Shown here in pieces: positions 38,104-45,135 of a stretch of 64,000 bases of DNA. Under the pieces are notes generated by a model, which saw only the letters and a program-made list of their open reading frames with translations, searched no databases and was not told where the DNA came from. Source of the DNA: Candidatus Latescibacterota bacterium. Its GTDB lineage: Bacteria > Latescibacterota > UBA2968 > UBA8231. Where the stretch lies: assembly GCA_965206595.1 (NCBI GenBank), contig OZ242214.1, forward strand, positions 896,001-960,000, read 5' to 3'. The position numbers and the translations under genes were made by a program. Position 1 is the first letter of the stretch. Each line of letters opens with the position of its first letter.

Positions 38104-41100
38104 ATGTACGGATCTCCCTCAATGACGAGGGCACCCCTCTGGGCCGCGATCCTGCTGCTCTGGTCGAATCCGGGTTTTTCCCAGGAACAGCCGGGTTACC
38201 GGATCGATATCCAGAAGCGGCAGATCACCGTCAACACGGACAAGCAGTGGGGCCAGTGGCTCCTGGGGGATCTGGAGCAACCGCTCGATTCGGTCAGCCA
38301 GGACGTCCTGGAAGTGCGGATGAAGAACGGCGGCCGGGATGCCCTGATCGTCCCCCGCGAGTTCCGCAGGCAGGTGGACGCGCTGACCGATGCGCCCGGC
38401 TTCAGCCACGTCATCGACGCCAAGGACAAGGCGCAGTTCATCTCCGTCTTCGAGGAAGGGGGACCGCGCGCGCCCGGCGGCATCAAGAACGCCGGCTCCA
38501 ACCTGGCGCTGGCAGACGGTGCCATCGACCGGGGTGACGACCGGTTAGAGACCTACTGGGAGCCGGACCTGGACGAGCCGTCGTTCAAGTGGTGGATCGA
38601 ATTCGACATGGGCCGGTTGGTTTCGGCCGAAAAGATCATCCTGCGCTTCGTCGACGAAGAGCTGGGGGATCCGTTCCTGCAGTTCCGGGTTCTGGTCTCT
38701 ACCGGATTGCTCAAGTTTGACAGCAGTGTGCGGCCCCTGGACTACCGCACCGTCGGCGGCACCACCCGGGGGATTCGGGATCAGCGGGAGTTCACGTTCG
38801 ACCTCGAACCGGACGTGAAGGCCGACCCTGATTTCACCGGAACGCCCTTGCAGTACGTCCGCATCGTGGTGACCGACAGCAACCTGGACCGGGCCGAGGA
38901 AGTAACCCGGGAAGTTTATGAGAATGACCTGTCGCCGGAGAGCCGGGGGAGAATCGAGTACTATCTCAAGAGCTTTGACGGCGACGTGGTTCTAACGACG
39001 AGGGAAGCGTACGAGACCATCGAGACAGAAGAGCCCGACCGCCTGGGTCCGGTGCGCTACTATCGCAGGGAACGTCCGCGCCTGGCGGACGTGGAAGTTA
39101 TCACCGCAGGCGACAATATAGCTCTCGGGATTTTTGAAAGGGGTGGCAAACTCACCTACCAGGGCACGTCGCCGGGTATCCTGGCCAATGCTTTCAACGG
39201 CAGCTTCCTGGACGAATGGCGTGCCAGACTGGTCATGCAACCTGGACAATCCGGGACAAGCGACGGTGGCGGGGGGCCGCTCATCATCGATCTGGGGGCC
39301 TTGTTCTGGGTGGACGCCTTCCGCATCCTGGGCGACCCGACAGAGGCCCAATACCCACTCTGGGGGTGGACGGTCCGGGTTTCAGACGGTTCCACCGCCT
39401 CGGACGGTACCCCGATCTGGAACATGGTCTCGCCGCCTGAACGGGAACGCAACGCGACCACGAACAGGTTCATCTATGCGGAGGACCGTTTCGAACCGCT
39501 TCGAACCCGTTTCATCGAATTCGTCCACCTCGACGGCTCCAACACGGCGACGCCCACGCATGTCGGCGTGCGCGCAATGCAGGTGTTCGGCGAGGGCCGT
39601 GTCGCCGGGGTGGTTCTCACCTCCCCCCTGATCGAGTTCAAGGACAGGAGTAACCGGCGCCAGGCGCACGCCCTGACCCGGGTGGAATGGGTCGGCGAGA
39701 CCCCGCCCGGGACCCGTATCGAAGTCCGCACCCAGACCGGCAACGAGGTCATTCCGAAATGGCGGTTCTTCCTCACCAATGGAACAGAGGTGACCCGCGA
39801 CAACTACTGGAACAGGAGGACGAAACCAAAAGACAGAGGCGATTCCCTCGCGACCTTTTCCCAGGGGGTGGATTGGAGCGCCTGGAGCAGGGCCTACGAG
39901 CATTCCGGGGACCGATTTATTTCGCCCTCGCCGCGTCGGTTCCTCAGACTGCAGGCTACGCTGGATTCAGACCGGCCGGATGCCGTCGCCACCCTGGACT
40001 CGATCATCGTCCACTTCACCGATCCCTTCGCCAGCCAGGTCCTGGCGGAGGTAACCCCCCAGATCGATGTCGCCAGTGGCGTGCCGGACACCTTCTCCGT
40101 CTTCGTGCGGCCGATCTTCCGAGCCGACGAGCCGGATACCAGCACCCGTTTCGACGAAATACGGGTGCTGGCTTCGCATCGAACGGAAATGGAATTGATA
40201 GAGGTGCGTGTAGGCGGACAGGACGCGCTCCTGGCAGGCGAAGAAGCCGAAGTTGAAGAATTCGGAGACGATGGCCAGGGTGGTTTCGTCAATTCAGCGG
40301 GAGATCGCCTCGAGATCCTCTCGACCCGTGCCGACACCTTGTGGATAAGGCTGCCGGGCTTCGTGGACTACGACGCCGGCAGCCCCCCGGTTTACTACCG
40401 CATCGCAGTGGCGCGGGATGAAGCCCCGCTCGACAAATCCGGTGGCGTGCTCACCGAGGCGGCTTGGAGCCGGTTGCCGACGGAGCCGCTCAACGAGCAG
40501 GGCCGCATCGACTATTTCGAGGTCACGGCGACCGATCCCGAGACGGGCGCCCAGACTCTGCGCCTGGTGAATGAGGGCGACTACAACGAACTTCCCTTTG
40601 AATCCCAGGGGCCGGTGCGCTACTATCGCGCACTTTTCGATGGCGAAGAGGTGGCAATTGGCAACGACGGAGAGTCCTTGACCCGGACCAGCTACAACCA
40701 GCTGTCCAGCAGCCAGAAAGGGCCGGTCTTGCGCGAAGGCGAGGTGGTGGAGCTGCGCTTCCGTTCCCGCATCTTCGTGAGCGGCACGACCTTCTCCGCC
40801 GAGGTGGCCAACTCGAAGGAAGCTGACACGAGGATCCCCGAACTCTGGCAGAAAGCGGACCCCGGCAACGCCATGGAGGAGATCGACGGTCAAGGGACGG
40901 CCGTCATTACCCCCATAGGCGACCAGCCGGCGCTGTCCGCTCTGGAGATCGGGCCGAATCCCTTCACTCCCAACGGCGACGGCATCAACGACCGGGTGAG
41001 GCTCCTGCTTTCGGTGTCGAATGTCGATGCGCCCCGCCGGATCGAAGCCCGGTTCTTCACCCTGGCCGGCGTCGAGGTCGCCGTGGTTTCGAGTATGGCA

Positions 41101-41256
41101 GCGGGCGGAGAACGGGTGCTGGAATGGCATGGTCGCAGCGGTCGCGACAACGCCGGGGAGCTCGTGGCGCCCGGGCTCTATCTGTGCCGCGTTCACGTGG
41201 ACAGCGACGCGGGCTCTGGAAACACGCTGGTCCGCCTCGTCAGCCTGGCATTTTGA
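38104..41256 (+). CDS. Family B secreted protein (1050 aa): two discoidin-like domains, internal repeats, WSAWS, FlgD-Ig/T9SS-like CTD
   Basis: Signal peptide; WWIEFDMGRLVSAEKI and IIDLGALFWVDAFRI; SPSPRRFL; PNPFTPNGDGIND...PGLY. Confidence 0.85.
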   Translation: MYGSPSMTRAPLWAAILLLWSNPGFSQEQPGYRIDIQKRQITVNTDKQWGQWLLGDLEQPLDSVSQDVLEVRMKNGGRDALIVPREFRRQVDALTDAPGFSHVIDAKDKAQFISVFEEGGPRAPGGIKNAGSNLALADGAIDRGDDRLETYWEPDLDEPSFKWWIEFDMGRLVSAEKIILRFVDEELGDPFLQFRVLVSTGLLKFDSSVRPLDYRTVGGTTRGIRDQREFTFDLEPDVKADPDFTGTPLQYVRIVVTDSNLDRAEEVTREVYENDLSPESRGRIEYYLKSFDGDVVLTTREAYETIETEEPDRLGPVRYYRRERPRLADVEVITAGDNIALGIFERGGKLTYQGTSPGILANAFNGSFLDEWRARLVMQPGQSGTSDGGGGPLIIDLGALFWVDAFRILGDPTEAQYPLWGWTVRVSDGSTASDGTPIWNMVSPPERERNATTNRFIYAEDRFEPLRTRFIEFVHLDGSNTATPTHVGVRAMQVFGEGRVAGVVLTSPLIEFKDRSNRRQAHALTRVEWVGETPPGTRIEVRTQTGNEVIPKWRFFLTNGTEVTRDNYWNRRTKPKDRGDSLATFSQGVDWSAWSRAYEHSGDRFISPSPRRFLRLQATLDSDRPDAVATLDSIIVHFTDPFASQVLAEVTPQIDVASGVPDTFSVFVRPIFRADEPDTSTRFDEIRVLASHRTEMELIEVRVGGQDALLAGEEAEVEEFGDDGQGGFVNSAGDRLEILSTRADTLWIRLPGFVDYDAGSPPVYYRIAVARDEAPLDKSGGVLTEAAWSRLPTEPLNEQGRIDYFEVTATDPETGAQTLRLVNEGDYNELPFESQGPVRYYRALFDGEEVAIGNDGESLTRTSYNQLSSSQKGPVLREGEVVELRFRSRIFVSGTTFSAEVANSKEADTRIPELWQKADPGNAMEEIDGQGTAVITPIGDQPALSALEIGPNPFTPNGDGINDRVRLLLSVSNVDAPRRIEARFFTLAGVEVAVVSSMAAGGERVLEWHGRSGRDNAGELVAPGLYLCRVHVDSDAGSGNTLVRLVSLAF

Positions 41257-41272
41257 GAAGGAATCCACCACC

Positions 41273-43267
41273 ATGCGTGCCAGGGGTTTCGTCTACGGGT
41301 TGGCCGGCCTTCTCATCGGCCTCGCCGCCTCCACAAGCGTGCATTCGCGCAGCATGCTGGTGATCGGTGAACGCGACAATCCGTGGTCATCCGACCCCGG
41401 AATGTCGGTGGAGCACCGCACCTGGGGCGAGGCCAGGGCTGAAAGAGAGGAGGGCCTCTACCCGGACTACAACGAGACAGCCCTGGGAATCATCAATCTG
41501 GACACTTCCGCGACACACGTGATGCCGATCAGGGTGACCCCGGACTTCAATCTTTCCCTGGGCTATGAGGAGCGGGGAGGCTGGCAGCGAGAGCGGGTTT
41601 TTCAGCGCGTCCCGGGGTATTTCGAACGGGCTTTGGATGGAGACATCACCACCGTCTACAATTACCGGGGCGATTTCGGGGGCCCGGAGGGAACACCCCA
41701 GCCGACCGTGGACCTGGGAGGCATTTTCCCCATCAACCGGATCGTCTTCTACACCCACCCGGACTCCAGCGAAAAGTACGCCGATGTTTTCAGACTGTAC
41801 GTCGACGGGGCGCTGGTCCGCGAGGAGCTGGACAACAAGAAGGACAGCGTGGAAGTCACCTTTCCAATGCGGCACGGGCAAGTCGTCGCCATAGAGCCCA
41901 TAATCCGAAGAAACAAGGCTGGCATCTCGATCCCTCCCAAAACCTGGCAGCTCGCCGAGTTCGAGATCTACGGCGACGGCTACGTGCCCAAAGCCTCCTA
42001 TATCTCCGAGATCATCGACATTGAGCAGGTGGCGCCCCTGGGGTCCGGGGAGCAGGCCAGCTGGGGCCGGCTATACTGGACCGGCACCCGGGACCCGGGT
42101 GCCCGGACCGTCATCCGCACCCGCACCGGCCGCGCCGGGGACACGCCCAACAACGGCGATTTTCCCGACCCCAGTGTCTATTCCGTGTTCACCGGGCGGG
42201 GTGACGAATTGTCGACTTTGACGGTTGACGGCGAGCCATTGACCCTGGCCGACTACAGCAGTCTGGACTATGCCCCCCAGCAAGCTGCCATCACCTACGA
42301 TATCGAAAACTGGAGCTTCTGGTCGACGCCCTACGATTTCGACAAGGGCGCCGAGGGGGTGCCCGTGGTTTCGCCGGGGCCGCGGCGCTATATCCAGTTT
42401 CGCATCGACTTCTTTCCCACGATCACCGACGGCAGTCGCCTGGAGGCGATCGGGTTCGACTTTTCCAAGCCGCCCAGCGCCAGCAGGGCCGTCGCCGAGA
42501 TCTTCCCGAAGGAGGTGCCGGCGGCGGTCGACACCACCTTCACCTACACCCTCCTGCCCGAACTGGCAGACACCGATCGCGGCTTCGACAGCCTGGAGAT
42601 CGAGACATTCGTGGAGCCTTCGGCGGTGCGCCTGGTTCGGATTGACGGTGCGGGCACTGAAAAGATCATCTGCGAACCGTGCCTTCTTCACCCGGACGAC
42701 ACCCACCCGAACGCCGAGATCATGGACGATCGTCTCGTCGTGCACTTCGACACTCTCAAGGGAGTCGCCGATGCCGGGAAGCGGGTGCAGGTGGTGTTCG
42801 ACGCCTCCGTGGTGAAGTTCGGCACGGAGTTCAAGGGCCGCATATTCATCGATGGCAGCGACGAAGTGCGACAGCTTGTGGACGGCGGGGATGCCATCGA
42901 TCGCTACAGCGCAGGCGGGGTCGTGGTGACCATCCCCTTGAGCGAGGAGCTGATCAGTCAGGTGCGGGTGCAGCCGAGCCCGTTCACGCCCAACGGGGAT
43001 GGGATCAACGACGAGATTAAGCTCTCCTATGCGCTGCTCAACCTGACCGACGCAGCTGCCGCCGACGTGGCCATCTACGATCTGACCGGCCGCCGGGTGA
43101 GGCAGCTGCGAAGCGAATCGCTGGTCAGCGGCATTCACGGTGAGAATTGGAACGGGCGCGACGATGATGGCAGGCTCGCCCCTCCGGGAATTTACATCTA
43201 CCGGATATCGATCGAGACGGACGAGAGGAATGAAGACCATAGCGGCATCGTCTACGTGGCCTACTAG
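41273..43267 (+). CDS. Family B secreted protein (664 aa)
   Basis: AAGGA RBS; signal MRARGFVYGLAGLLIGLAASTSVHS; DLGGIFPINRIVFY...WQLAEFEIYG; WSFWS; SPGPRRYIQF; PSPFTPNGDGIND. Confidence 0.85.
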   Translation: MRARGFVYGLAGLLIGLAASTSVHSRSMLVIGERDNPWSSDPGMSVEHRTWGEARAEREEGLYPDYNETALGIINLDTSATHVMPIRVTPDFNLSLGYEERGGWQRERVFQRVPGYFERALDGDITTVYNYRGDFGGPEGTPQPTVDLGGIFPINRIVFYTHPDSSEKYADVFRLYVDGALVREELDNKKDSVEVTFPMRHGQVVAIEPIIRRNKAGISIPPKTWQLAEFEIYGDGYVPKASYISEIIDIEQVAPLGSGEQASWGRLYWTGTRDPGARTVIRTRTGRAGDTPNNGDFPDPSVYSVFTGRGDELSTLTVDGEPLTLADYSSLDYAPQQAAITYDIENWSFWSTPYDFDKGAEGVPVVSPGPRRYIQFRIDFFPTITDGSRLEAIGFDFSKPPSASRAVAEIFPKEVPAAVDTTFTYTLLPELADTDRGFDSLEIETFVEPSAVRLVRIDGAGTEKIICEPCLLHPDDTHPNAEIMDDRLVVHFDTLKGVADAGKRVQVVFDASVVKFGTEFKGRIFIDGSDEVRQLVDGGDAIDRYSAGGVVVTIPLSEELISQVRVQPSPFTPNGDGINDEIKLSYALLNLTDAAAADVAIYDLTGRRVRQLRSESLVSGIHGENWNGRDDDGRLAPPGIYIYRISIETDERNEDHSGIVYVAY

Positions 43268-45071
43268 GAGCTCGTGGCGGACTCCCCGTCACCGCAGTAT
43301 CGCGGGCTGCTGCTTCATCGGGGTGACCGTTTTCTTCGTCCACGGGAGCCTGGCGCTGGACACCCTCGTCGGCGGCGGAGTGGAGAACACCTGGTCCGAT
43401 TTCGGCACTGCCCCCGGGAACGTCATCGATTTCGCAACGGAGCCCGGCTGGATCGCGCCCATCCAGATCGACCCCGAGGTCAACCTCATCGAGCAGATCC
43501 GCGCCAGGGGGGGAACAGTGGATATCGATTCTCCGAACAGTCCGGTCCGCAGGACCCAGGGCGACCAGGTGCTGCAGGATGCCCTGGACAACATCATGAA
43601 CGGCTCGGTTTCCGAGGTGTACGACCGCAAGATCGCCAACTCGACCTTCGGGGAGCACATCGACATCGATCTGGGTGCTCCCCTCGGCATGGATCGCATC
43701 GTCTTCTATCCCAGCTCCCTCTTTCCCCGGGAGTTTCTGAGGGCCTTCTACATCCAGGTCAACGACGGCAAGAGCAATCTCGCCGAGTCCGGCAACCCCG
43801 AATGGAACACGATCGGCAGATTCCACGAACGGCAGAATACCAGGACCCGGGCCGAGATGCGGATACCGCTCCAGTTCGTCCGCTACCTGCGCCTGACATC
43901 CCAGTACCACGGGGGATTCGAGATCGACGAGATCGAGCTTTACGGTCGCGGCTACGTGTCGGACGGCAGCTACCTGTCCAATCCCTTCGACCTGGGGGAG
44001 CAGGGCTCACTGTGGGGCCGGATAAACTGGTCTGCCGCGGCCATCGGCGATCCCTTTCGTTCCGGCATTACCGTGCGCACCCGAAGCGGCCGGGATGCGC
44101 AGGATTGGAGCCCCTGGTCGGAGCCTTATCGGCTGGCCGAAGACCGCGGTATCCAGATCACCTCACCGGCCCCCCGTCGGTTCTTTCAATTCGAGATCCG
44201 CTTTGCCAGCGAGGACCTGGAGGCGGCACACAAGGTCGATTCCCTCTCCTTCGAGCACTCGCCGCCGGTCGCCCAGGAACTCGTCGCGGAGATTTTCCCG
44301 CGTCAGGCGCAAATCGGCGAGGGCAAGGAATTCGTCTATGCCGTGCGGGCCTTCGGGCCTTCCGACAGGGGCTTCGACACCTTCGAGGTCCGGACCTCGG
44401 CCCCCATCGAGCGCCTCGAAGAGATTAAGATCCTCAGTCAGGAGGGGGATCTGCTCCTGAACAAACAGGGTGCAGATGCGGACGAACACCTGGTGTCCCC
44501 GCATCCTTTCAAGGTGCGTTTTCCCCCCATCACGGAAGATGGTTCCGTGCTGAAACTCCGCTTCGTCACATCGGTTCTGCGCTACGGCATCGTCTTCGAC
44601 GGATGGGGGTTGAACGAGGGATCCGACGAGTTGCCGCAGCCTGCGGTTCCCGGCAACGCCGTGGATCTCAGCGGCGACTTTCCCGGGCTGAACCTCCTGG
44701 ATGAAGACAAGCGCTCGAACCTGACCGTTCTCACCGACATCGAGGGGGTGGCTCTTGTGGACGCCGTGGAGGCTGTGCCCAACCCCTTCACCCCCAACGG
44801 CGACGGCATCAACGACAGCGCCGAGATCCGCTCCGACGTCTTCAAGCTCACCAAGGCGACGCCAGTCGAGGTCGTCGTCTACGATCTTTCCGGCCGCCGC
44901 ATCGCCGTCCTGTTCGCGGGCGAGATCGAGAGCGGCCGCCACTCCGTACCGTGGGACGGCACCTACGCTGACGATCGGCTCGTGCCGCCCGGACTCTATC
45001 TGCTCAAGCTCGAGGTAAAAGCGGACGTCAAATCAGAAGAGGTCCTGGGAACGGTCGTCGTCGTCTATTGA
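43230..45071 (+). CDS. Family B secreted protein (~610 aa, minimal form; start uncertain)
   Basis: DLGAPLGMDRIVFYP...RYLRL...FEIDEIELYG; RTRSGRDAQDWSPWS; SPAPRRFFQF; PNPFTPNGDGIND...YDLSGRRI...VPPGLY. Confidence 0.85.
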   Translation: MKTIAASSTWPTRSSWRTPRHRSIAGCCFIGVTVFFVHGSLALDTLVGGGVENTWSDFGTAPGNVIDFATEPGWIAPIQIDPEVNLIEQIRARGGTVDIDSPNSPVRRTQGDQVLQDALDNIMNGSVSEVYDRKIANSTFGEHIDIDLGAPLGMDRIVFYPSSLFPREFLRAFYIQVNDGKSNLAESGNPEWNTIGRFHERQNTRTRAEMRIPLQFVRYLRLTSQYHGGFEIDEIELYGRGYVSDGSYLSNPFDLGEQGSLWGRINWSAAAIGDPFRSGITVRTRSGRDAQDWSPWSEPYRLAEDRGIQITSPAPRRFFQFEIRFASEDLEAAHKVDSLSFEHSPPVAQELVAEIFPRQAQIGEGKEFVYAVRAFGPSDRGFDTFEVRTSAPIERLEEIKILSQEGDLLLNKQGADADEHLVSPHPFKVRFPPITEDGSVLKLRFVTSVLRYGIVFDGWGLNEGSDELPQPAVPGNAVDLSGDFPGLNLLDEDKRSNLTVLTDIEGVALVDAVEAVPNPFTPNGDGINDSAEIRSDVFKLTKATPVEVVVYDLSGRRIAVLFAGEIESGRHSVPWDGTYADDRLVPPGLYLLKLEVKADVKSEEVLGTVVVVY

Positions 45072-45135
45072 CGAAAACCTCCATCGCCGGTCGTGCACAG
45101 CAGAGTTTGTTAGGGTATCCAGAGGAGGGTTTGTA

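Noticed and set aside
43274-44428. 384-aa ORF with an AGGAG-preceded GTG
   Set aside because: It overlaps the Family B frame carrying all the conserved motifs and its product is Arg-rich noise. A frameshift near the 5' end of the real gene cannot be excluded.
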